A stretch of 64,000 bases of DNA, taken from assembly GCA_963669175.1 (NCBI GenBank), contig OY769902.1:4192001-4256000 (forward strand), given 5' to 3'. A model generated the notes under the pieces. It saw only the letters and a list, made by a program, of their open reading frames with translations. It did not search any database and was not told the origin of the DNA. This document shows, one piece after another, positions 48,853 through 56,972 of this stretch (position 1 is its first letter; every line of letters begins with the position of its first letter). Position numbers and translations under genes: made by a program. The DNA is from a bacterium (GTDB lineage Bacteria; Electryoneota; Electryoneia; Electryoneales; Electryoneaceae).

Positions 48853-49854
48853 ATGGCGAAGCTGGACTTGTACACGATACGGTCACATTCGTTCGACCCT
48901 TTTTACAATATTTCCCTGGAAGAAGCCATCCTGGACTGGATACCTGAAAATGGTGTTGCTTTCTACTTGTGGCAGAATGAGAATACCGTGGTCATCGGCC
49001 GTCATCAGAACGTGTGGAAAGAGTGCCGCTGGCAGGAGCTGGAGGATGATGGCGGTCGTCTTGCGCGGCGTCTCTCCGGCGGTGGCGCAGTATACCACGA
49101 CATGGGCAACCTGAATTTCACCTTTATCGCCGGGAAGAATCATTACAACCTTCACCGGCAACTGAAAGTGTTGCTCGAAGCAGTGCGCATGCAGGATATT
49201 CACGCCGAGTTTTCCGGACGAAACGATCTGACAGTTGACGGTCAGAAGTTTTCCGGAAATGCTTTCCATCGCAATGCACATGCTTCCCTGCACCACGGCA
49301 CCCTGCTTTTGAACGTCGATTTCAGCAAGCTGAGCCGGTACTTGAATCCACCTGTGGAGAAGCTCCGTTCCAAGGGCGTCGAATCAGTGAAAGCACGGGT
49401 TATAAACCTGAGTTCGCTGAATCCTGCGATTACCCTGGATACCATGATTGACTCTTTATTAGCTGCCTTTACCGATGAATACGCAGGAGACACGTCGGCA
49501 GTAACCCAACTTGAGGTAGATCAATTCACGCCTGAGATCGAAATTCGATACCCCAGATTTGCATCCTGGGAATGGCGTTTTGGGAAAACTCCTGTTTTTG
49601 ATATTACTCACAGCACACGTTTCCCCTGGGGCGGTATCGAGATGGGATTTACGCTGAAAGATGCCGAGATTATCCAGGCCGATGTCTTCTCTGATGCCAT
49701 GAACGCGGAACTGATCGGCAGGATTCAGCAGGTTCTGCAAGGCGCATTGTTCAAGCGCGATGTAATCCCTTCCCTGATTGAAAAAGCAGTGCAGGACAAC
49801 GAGGAAGCGCAAGTAGTGAATGATATTCAGACCTGGCTGGCTGAAGCGTTGTAA
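48853..49854 (+). CDS. lplA: Lipoate-protein ligase A
   Basis: DPFYNISLEE, VVIGRHQN, ARRLSGGGAVYHDMGNLNF, GRNDL, KFSGNA, HHGTLL, WEWRFGKTP. Confidence 0.95.
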   Translation: MAKLDLYTIRSHSFDPFYNISLEEAILDWIPENGVAFYLWQNENTVVIGRHQNVWKECRWQELEDDGGRLARRLSGGGAVYHDMGNLNFTFIAGKNHYNLHRQLKVLLEAVRMQDIHAEFSGRNDLTVDGQKFSGNAFHRNAHASLHHGTLLLNVDFSKLSRYLNPPVEKLRSKGVESVKARVINLSSLNPAITLDTMIDSLLAAFTDEYAGDTSAVTQLEVDQFTPEIEIRYPRFASWEWRFGKTPVFDITHSTRFPWGGIEMGFTLKDAEIIQADVFSDAMNAELIGRIQQVLQGALFKRDVIPSLIEKAVQDNEEAQVVNDIQTWLAEAL

Positions 49855-49876
49855 CCCAGAACCATGACCACTCATC

Positions 49877-49909
49877 GGGACACTCTGTTTTGGAGCGTCC
49901 CGTTTTTTT
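49877..49909 (+). terminator. Rho-independent terminator after lplA
   Basis: CGGGACACTC...GAGCGTCCCG followed by a T-run; a second hairpin (CCCTCC..GGAGGG) at about 49924-49946 serves the convergent gene. Confidence 0.7.
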
Positions 49910-50053
49910 GTATATAAAACGAACCCTCCCGCGGATGCAGGAGGGCACAAGGTGTATCGCAATTCATTTCCGTTTCGCGATCAACCTTGCGAACCTGTCT
50001 GCCCTGGGAAGGACAGGACAGGTTTACGCGAACCGGTATGTGAAGGGTATGTC

Positions 50054-50896
50054 TTAGCCAATCAATTGCGCAACCATCTGTGGCACCATATTCGCCTGTG
50101 CCAGCATGCTGATTCCCGACTGCATCAGGATTTGCGCACGCGTGAAGTTGCTCATCTCCTCGGCGATATCCGCATCTCGAATATCCTCTTCCGCCGCAAC
50201 CGAAGTCTCGCGCGATATCTGCTGATACAGAATCGTGTTCTGCAAGCGATTTACGTAAGCGCCCAAACGTGTTCGCAGGGTGTCTTTCGAGTTAATCGCC
50301 TCATCCAGGGTAGTGATGGCTTCCTGCGCGGTAGCCGTATTCAGGAGCGACAGGTTTGAAATCCCAAGCGCCCCGGAAGTGGCATTGCCCATCTGGACGT
50401 AGTAATAGTCCACATTCGAGGTATTGAAAATACCGATGTGGAACTTGATTCCACGCGCGTCTTCCTGTGACCAGGTGCCATCCAACAGGAATTTGCCGTT
50501 GTAGTTGGTCGAACGTGCGATGCGATCCACTTCGCTGCGCAGACTGTCAAACTCCATATGCAGGGCCTGCCTGTCGGCACTCGACAAGGGACCGTTTGAA
50601 GCTTGAACTGCCAGCGCACGCAGGCGGATCAGTTTTTCATCAATCACGCTCAACGCGCCATCAACCATGCTGATCAAGTTGATTGCATACGTAGCGTTTC
50701 GCTCGGCTTCCGTCTGAGAAGCGATCTGTGCGCGAAAACGCTCTGAAAGATTCAACGCCGCCGGGTCATCCCAGGCATTGTTGACTCTTAATCCACTGCT
50801 GAGCCTCTCCACAGCCGTATCAAGGCCGCTCTGTGCTCCTTTGATATATCGTTGTGCTGACAACGATAAAACATTGTGAGCAATGCTGGTACTCAT
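50054..50896 (-). CDS. Flagellin (short, no large hypervariable domain)
   Basis: ERLSSGLRVNNAWDDPAAL, STNYNGKFLLDG, RTRLGAYVNRL, IRDADIAEEM...QILMQSGISMLAQAN. Confidence 0.93.
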   Translation of the reverse strand: MSTSIAHNVLSLSAQRYIKGAQSGLDTAVERLSSGLRVNNAWDDPAALNLSERFRAQIASQTEAERNATYAINLISMVDGALSVIDEKLIRLRALAVQASNGPLSSADRQALHMEFDSLRSEVDRIARSTNYNGKFLLDGTWSQEDARGIKFHIGIFNTSNVDYYYVQMGNATSGALGISNLSLLNTATAQEAITTLDEAINSKDTLRTRLGAYVNRLQNTILYQQISRETSVAAEEDIRDADIAEEMSNFTRAQILMQSGISMLAQANMVPQMVAQLIG

Positions 50897-50965
50897 GGTA
50901 GCCTCCTACCCCAGTGTTACCGGTTCGAATGTTTTGGAGCCCGTGGGCTCACCCTTCACTCCGAG

Positions 50966-50993
50966 GTATCGGAAAGCTTCGCTCTGAACTTTA
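50966..50993 (-). promoter_or_regulatory. Sigma-28 (FliA)-like promoter of the flagellin gene
   Basis: Minus strand TAAA-N16-TCCGATAC against consensus TAAA-N15-GCCGATAA, 70 bp upstream of the ATG. Confidence 0.6.
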
Positions 50994-51298
50994 GCTTTTT
51001 TTACAGCGATTTTCAAAAATACTTCAAGTAAAGAGTGAGAAATCAACCTTAAATCATTATTTTTAATGCACTTAAAATTCAAAAGAACAACGAGAGGCAG
51101 GAGAGTAAAAGTTCAAGTAATGTTGCAGTTTTACCGCCAGTATCACCCTCAAGTAAATTCCAGCGTCACTTAACACATGCCTTTGCCTGTCTCGAGTTCT
51201 CTTCTTTTTATGAGAGAGTGACACGGAACAAACTACCATTGTATTAGATTTATTTTATTTATATTGTGAATTGACATCACATTGGAGGCCATGAAGTT

Positions 51299-52159
51299 AT
51301 GCTGAGAATCATGGGATCTATTGAAAATGTACTCTTCAGCAGAGTAGATGATTCTTCCCTGGCGCAACAGATTCTTGATGAGCCAACTTTTGCTATTGGG
51401 TGTGGCGGAATTGCGGATTCAGTTTCCGAAGCCAAACCCATCCTTGGCGAATTGGCGGTGCTTCCCGGACTGGCTGCTGTCCTTCCCGGCGATGGGCAGT
51501 ATTTTGCAGGCACCACATCCCTGACCTGCCAAACCTGGTGGACACCCTTTCAACTGACTGTTGCAGGCCTGAATATTGCCAGGATCGGCAAGTTCGGCAT
51601 TGAGGCAAATGAACTGGTATCAGCAAGGGACATTTGGAAACGTGCCATAGCCACACTCCCAACGGAAGAGCAACAGGCTCCGCTTTTCAGTATGATCTGG
51701 TCTGGCAAAATCAGTTCGTTGCGCGGATCATTTCTGAAAAAGCCACCGCTTCTTTCGCTGGCGCCGGAAAATGGAAAACCAATTGGCGACGTGTCCAACT
51801 ATGCTGACTGGTTTGGCATTGATCCGGATGGCGGCTCTGAAGGGATTAATGTCCTGGTGACAGGTGCGGCTTACAATCCCGAATCACCGGACCTGGTAAA
51901 GCTGTATGGATTGGATAAGCGGATTTTCTATCGCCATCCATCAGCCCCGGCCCAGGCCGATCCACTCATGATTCATCAGCATGCCGTATTGTTTAAGAAT
52001 AAGGTAAAATTTTCCTGGGAAGGCGCATTACTGGACGCGGTACTGTCCTGTTTTTCAGATGCCGAGATCATTGATGTGAAACATGTACTTGATGACAGCA
52101 CGTTTTCATTCTACGGTGGCGTTGTCAAGGCAGAGTGGGAAATAGAACCTATTGACTAA
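51299..52159 (+). CDS. Hypothetical protein
   Basis: GGAGG RBS; 286-aa ORF with HQH motif; from recall it resembles the C-terminal region of long STAS-domain proteins (unverified). Confidence 0.6.
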   Translation: MLRIMGSIENVLFSRVDDSSLAQQILDEPTFAIGCGGIADSVSEAKPILGELAVLPGLAAVLPGDGQYFAGTTSLTCQTWWTPFQLTVAGLNIARIGKFGIEANELVSARDIWKRAIATLPTEEQQAPLFSMIWSGKISSLRGSFLKKPPLLSLAPENGKPIGDVSNYADWFGIDPDGGSEGINVLVTGAAYNPESPDLVKLYGLDKRIFYRHPSAPAQADPLMIHQHAVLFKNKVKFSWEGALLDAVLSCFSDAEIIDVKHVLDDSTFSFYGGVVKAEWEIEPID

Positions 52160-52177
52160 GGAGAAGCAAACAGGGTA

Positions 52178-52603
52178 ATGTTGGGAAACGAGAGAACTGA
52201 AAGCCGTCAATTCCAGGTATCGCTGGATGACTTGCCTCGAGCGCTTGCGTTTGTACGCGAGTTCGCCCAGAAGGCCGGTCTCTCACGTAACGATGTGCTT
52301 GGCCTTGAGCTGGCTGTAGATGAAGCGCTGACCAACATCATCCGCTACGCCTTCACAACCATAGAAGGCAACTATGAAATCATACTGACCGAAGATTATC
52401 GGGGGGTTTACATTGAACTGATCGATGATGGCATCCCGTTTGATCCGACACGGGTTCCAGTCACCTGTAAATCCGCAGAAGAACTGGATGGATCGAACGG
52501 ATTCGGTCTGCTTCTGATCAACCATTTTACAGATGCGACGCAGTACCACCGCGATGGCGACAGCAAGAACCATTTCACCCTGATTCGGCTGAAAGCGTAT
52601 TGA
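52178..52603 (+). CDS. RsbW/SpoIIAB-like anti-sigma regulatory factor (HATPase_c_2)
   Basis: LELAVDEALTNIIRYA, DDGIPFDP, GFGLLLI. Confidence 0.9.
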   Translation: MLGNERTESRQFQVSLDDLPRALAFVREFAQKAGLSRNDVLGLELAVDEALTNIIRYAFTTIEGNYEIILTEDYRGVYIELIDDGIPFDPTRVPVTCKSAEELDGSNGFGLLLINHFTDATQYHRDGDSKNHFTLIRLKAY

Positions 52604-52698
52604 TCCTGACCTCCTCATTTTGCACCTTCCCTACTTCGTAATTCCAACACAACAGGCGAGCACTCTGCAACAACCTGACGTTACCAATTGAGGAATAC

Positions 52699-53220
52699 AT
52701 GGCTTCACCATTTTGTACGTTTGACAAGTTTGACCAAGGGATCACGTGGGAAGAGTACCTCGAAGCGGCAGCAGCATCTGAACTTCAGAGAAGACGATAC
52801 CTGGAAACGCCGGATGAAAAAATTCTGGATGCGTTTCGGGGAATATCCTCAACACGCTATGGTGTTATGCTTTGCCAGTTCGGCTGCGGTGATTGTGCTT
52901 TTTCTGTCCCGAGAATCTTACGCCTGCTTGATGAGATGCCCGATTGCGAAGTACGGCTTTTCCCGAAAGAAGCGCACCCGGACCTGATGGACAAGCTTGA
53001 GACCAACGGAAAACGCAGTGTACCGAAACTGGCATTATTGGATGAGAACATGGAGTTGTTGGCTACCTGGGGGCCACGCCCTGCCCCTATCCAGCAATTC
53101 GTTCAGGAGAGTGTCGCAGCCGGGAAGAAACCGCCCGAATGGAAGCCAACTGTACTCAAGTATTACCGGAACGAAGGTGTTCGCGATCTATACCATGAGT
53201 TGGTATCTCTCGTAAAATAA
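52699..53220 (+). CDS. Thioredoxin-fold protein (Thioredoxin_9-like)
   Basis: CGDC motif, TNGKRSVP, WGPRP. Confidence 0.88.
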   Translation: MASPFCTFDKFDQGITWEEYLEAAAASELQRRRYLETPDEKILDAFRGISSTRYGVMLCQFGCGDCAFSVPRILRLLDEMPDCEVRLFPKEAHPDLMDKLETNGKRSVPKLALLDENMELLATWGPRPAPIQQFVQESVAAGKKPPEWKPTVLKYYRNEGVRDLYHELVSLVK

Positions 53221-53354
53221 TCACATACACAACCAGTCTTGAGATGTTGCCGAAAACTTCACTTAAAATTTTGAGCCATTCTTCTTCAATCACTTGACAG
53301 TGCGTTCTAAAGAGTAGCTCCTCGCCTTCCAGGGGGTAGCAGAAAGTTCGATAG

Positions 53355-53712
53355 TCTCATCTCGCGAAGGCTGGCTGTATCGGAACAGAAAACACTCTCA
53401 TCTCGCGAAGGCTGGCTGTATCGGAACAGAAAACACTCTCATCCCAGCGAAGGCTGGCTGTATCGGAACAGAAAACACTCTCATCTCGCGAAGGCTGGCT
53501 GTATCGGAACAGAAAACACTCTCATCCCAGCGAAGGCTGGCTGTATCGGAACAGAAAACACTCTCATCCCAGCGAAGGCTGGGATCCAGGCAAGCATCGA
53601 CAATATAACAAGTTGGATATAAAACGGCTCTTAATGTACCGCGTTTCTTGAGAAAACTTAATCTCTTGTGATAACGCAACATGACTGGATCCCAGCCTTC
53701 GCTGGGATGAGA
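53355..53712. repeat. REP doublet (perfect 28-bp IR) with a 5-unit 41/42-bp tandem array at its left end
   Basis: TCTCATCCCAGCGAAGGCTGGGATCCAG (53562-53589) / CTGGATCCCAGCCTTCGCTGGGATGAGA (53685-53712); units TCTCAT(CTC/CCCA)GCGAAGGCTGGCTGTATCGGAACAGAAAACAC at 53355, 53396, 53437, 53479 and 53520. Confidence 0.92.
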
Positions 53713-53834
53713 ACCTCTGTGATTCTGAGACAGTTTGCTTTGTTCACGGCTGCGCTTCGCCCCCCGCAAGCTCCGCTTCGCTACGATTCGCATGAGATGA
53801 CAGAATGCGACATCTTTTCGAGTGTCGCAATAAC

Positions 53835-56405
53835 CTAAACCGCATTTCGGGCGGCATTGATATTTCCAAATAATGATCTCATCACCATTTTCTCGTATAA
53901 CGGGATCATGGCATCTTTATCCGTATTCCTGGATAATTGAATACGCATCAGGGCGTATTGCTGTATCGTCAGCAGCGGCAACACAATTTTTTCACGTAAC
54001 TGGATGCTCTGCCTGCTTCTTGGATTATCCTCCAGCAGATCGGTTTGCCCGGATATTTTCAGTGTCATTTCACGGGTCAACTGGTATTCCTCAAGAAGCG
54101 TCTGCCAGAATGCACTGAACTTGGAATCATTCTGCATGTAACTGGTGATGGCAAAGTTAGTTTTGCTCATGCTTTGCATACTGTTTGCCACAAATGCATG
54201 GAACAGGTTTGAGCTTTGATAGAGCTGGATGATATCATCCAGTTTCCCATCATCCTCCATCCTTTTCAGAGCTGTGCCGAGGCCGTAATAACCGGGGATA
54301 TTCTGTTTGAGTTGGCTCCATGCCCCTACAAACGGGATAGCCCGCAAATCCTCAAACTCAAACTCCTCCTTCTGCCCCCTGGATACCGGACGGCTCCCGA
54401 TATTCGCCATCCCATAGTATTTGAGGGTGCTGCGTTCCACCAGGTAGGGCATAAACAAGGGATGATTCTTCAGCGCCATATAGGCTTCATAGCTGAATGC
54501 AGCCATCTTGTTGATCAAGTCACGTTGCTCTGTGGAAAGATTATTCTGCTTTCCGGGGCGAAGTTTGCTTTTGACAATAGCCGTTAGCAACAATTCCAGG
54601 TTGTGCATGGCCGCTTCAACAATCCCGTAGTGTGAACTGATGGTCTGGCCTTGCAGGGTGAGTTGAACCTGCCTGCTTTCAATGGTAGAACCAAGGGAAG
54701 CATAGAACATATGCGAATTGCCGCCTCCCCTGGCGGGTGGGCCGCCACGACCATCGAAGAAATGCACCTTCACCCCGGCTTGGCGTGATACGGAGGTAAT
54801 CTCTTCCTTGGCGAGATAGATGGACCAGTTGGCCATCAGGTAGCCACCGTCTTTCGTGCCATCCGAGAAACCAAGCATCACAGTCTGGGTTTTATCCTGC
54901 TGTTCCAGGTGCCTCATATAGACTTCATGAGCATAAATCTCTTTCATGGCCCCTGCGGCGCTCTTCAAATCATCAATGGTCTCGAAAAGCGGCACAATAT
55001 CGACTTTGACTTCCTTGTCATCCCATCTGCACAGGCGAAAGAGCGCAAAAAGCCGCGCCATATCCACAGCGCCACGGCAATTGCTGATGATATACCTGTG
55101 CGCCCCTTTCTGACCATTGGATCTCTGGACATCACGAATCAGGCAGAAAGACCCGGCCGTGTCACGCAGGACCGGTTCTTCGATCTTTTGAACATCTATC
55201 TCCCCACTGACTTTCAGCAGAATGTCAATCTGTTCTGCTTCGCTTCGTTCATCCAGGTTTTCAGGGAAAATACCCGGATTCATGCTACTGATAGCTTGCA
55301 GGGTGGCATGTATGATTCGGCTGTCCTGCCTGATATCCAGGCTGGCAAAATGAAAGCCGAAATGCTGCACCTTCCTCTTGAAAGAATGCAGTTTGCCCAG
55401 GAATAGGCCCTGTTGTTCTTCTATCAGCGTGTTTTCTATGTCGTCAAGTTTCTGTAGAACACCATCCAGCGTAAGCTCATCTTCCAGCTTCACATTGTGC
55501 AATGCGCCATGTAGATCATCCCGCAAATCGATCAGCTTTTTGTGAATACCATCGAATGTCAGACGCCGGACCAGGTGATTGACGTCTTCCAGGTAACATG
55601 ACAAGATGGAATGCTTCAGTTCCGCAGCGACTTCTCTAGTAATCTCGCCGGTGACAAAAGGATTCCCATCTCGATCTCCACCCGGCCAGAAACCGAGCCG
55701 AATAATATCATCACGTTCTTCCATCCTTCCCGGGAAGGACTCCGCGATTTCATCCAGCAGGTTCCCGACCGCCGGGTAGAACACCTGCTGCAGATGCGAC
55801 ATCAGCAACTTCGCTTCATCGAGTGGGGTCGGTTTTTCATCATGGAAGAATGGTGTTCGCCCGAGCTGTTCCAGCAGATCCCGGATTTCAGCTATGGAGT
55901 TCTTCTGGATCGCAATCGTCATGTCAGCGATAATCGCCAGGACAGTCTGTGGGTAAAACTGGGTGGGATGGGCAGTCAAGACAGCGCGGATACCGGTATC
56001 ATCCATCTTCGAAGCGAGGAACTCCAGGCCATTCCTGCTCTTCTCTTTATCCAGGAGCTGCCCCCAGGAATGCGGACCGGTCACTCGATGAATCTGACTA
56101 TAGGCCGAATCTTCCAAGGCATCGATCAGTACGATCTGACGTTCAACATACTGAATGACTTTGAAAAGGAAGTTGATCTGCTCTGTTTCATCCAGATCAG
56201 GTTTATTGGCTGTAAAGAATTCCCTGATGATCCTCTCGGGGCTATGGTCATTCCGATACCCTTCCTGGCATGCTTCAAAAAGCAGGGTCATCCAGGCGCC
56301 GGTCTGCTGAACCGCATCCAACGGCAAGGCTTCAAAGAGACCATTGTATAACTGGTACTTGAGTTCTACCAGTTCCCTGAAGGATTGTTCTATATGCCCG
56401 CTCAT
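53835..56405 (-). CDS. ppc: Phosphoenolpyruvate carboxylase
   Basis: VLTAHPTQ, FWPGGDRDGNP, LDIRQDS, PLFETIDDL, VMLGFSDGTKDGG, FDGRGG..ARGG, LRAIPFV; ATG 56405 with purine-rich RBS. Confidence 0.95.
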   Translation of the reverse strand: MSGHIEQSFRELVELKYQLYNGLFEALPLDAVQQTGAWMTLLFEACQEGYRNDHSPERIIREFFTANKPDLDETEQINFLFKVIQYVERQIVLIDALEDSAYSQIHRVTGPHSWGQLLDKEKSRNGLEFLASKMDDTGIRAVLTAHPTQFYPQTVLAIIADMTIAIQKNSIAEIRDLLEQLGRTPFFHDEKPTPLDEAKLLMSHLQQVFYPAVGNLLDEIAESFPGRMEERDDIIRLGFWPGGDRDGNPFVTGEITREVAAELKHSILSCYLEDVNHLVRRLTFDGIHKKLIDLRDDLHGALHNVKLEDELTLDGVLQKLDDIENTLIEEQQGLFLGKLHSFKRKVQHFGFHFASLDIRQDSRIIHATLQAISSMNPGIFPENLDERSEAEQIDILLKVSGEIDVQKIEEPVLRDTAGSFCLIRDVQRSNGQKGAHRYIISNCRGAVDMARLFALFRLCRWDDKEVKVDIVPLFETIDDLKSAAGAMKEIYAHEVYMRHLEQQDKTQTVMLGFSDGTKDGGYLMANWSIYLAKEEITSVSRQAGVKVHFFDGRGGPPARGGGNSHMFYASLGSTIESRQVQLTLQGQTISSHYGIVEAAMHNLELLLTAIVKSKLRPGKQNNLSTEQRDLINKMAAFSYEAYMALKNHPLFMPYLVERSTLKYYGMANIGSRPVSRGQKEEFEFEDLRAIPFVGAWSQLKQNIPGYYGLGTALKRMEDDGKLDDIIQLYQSSNLFHAFVANSMQSMSKTNFAITSYMQNDSKFSAFWQTLLEEYQLTREMTLKISGQTDLLEDNPRSRQSIQLREKIVLPLLTIQQYALMRIQLSRNTDKDAMIPLYEKMVMRSLFGNINAARNAV

Positions 56406-56585
56406 GTTCACCCTTTCCTTATGCCTGCCGATTGGATTCCTGTAGAGGAACAGGCTGTTGATTACAGTTGTGATAGAAGAAAATAGGACGCCAGTTGCAC
56501 CTGCAAAATGTGACCTTTCAGATTCTCCATTAATATCGAGCACACAAAGCTGTTCTCGATATTATTCCGTCATAAAGTAATTTTC

Positions 56586-56775
56586 GGGAAAAGGGACGGA
56601 ATCCTTTTCCTCGAGCTGATACGGAACATTCAAACTGAACCTATGGAAAAGGAAGCTGTCCGCTTTTCCGTGCAATTCCGGCCTGGTCTCAAGAAAAAGG
56701 GTACAGCCACCTTTCCCGCTCCATCTCACATCGGGAAGGTTTCATCACAGGGAAAGGAGGCAGTCCCCTTTTTCC
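56586..56775. repeat. Four degenerate ~25-bp palindromic repeats with unique 23-34-bp intervals
   Basis: GGGAAAAGGGACGGAATCCTTTTCC (56586), GGAAAAGGAAGCTGTCCGCTTTTCC (56645), GAAAAAGGGTACAGCCACCTTTCCC (56693), GGAAAGGAGGCAGTCCCCTTTTTCC (56751). Confidence 0.65.
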
Positions 56776-56972
56776 ATATCCTTTACTCAAGCAATACAGT
56801 GGATCTTTCACTGATGCAGTAAATGAACATGTGACGGATGAATAACGGAGGTCGCTCCATCTCTGCCCCTGCCGATACAACAGCATCACCCAATTACCAT
56901 CTGAGATCATACTCTACTGGTTCCACAGCAGTTTCTTTTGTAGCTTAATAGCATCGTCAATTTTACCGGGAC

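Noticed and set aside
49950-50050. c-di-GMP riboswitch near flagellin
   Set aside because: It lies downstream of the gene and lacks the GEMM consensus; only generic hairpins are present.
53355-53589. Possible CRISPR array
   Set aside because: Units are contiguous near-identical copies with no unique spacers, and there are no cas genes; this is a tandem amplification of a REP end.
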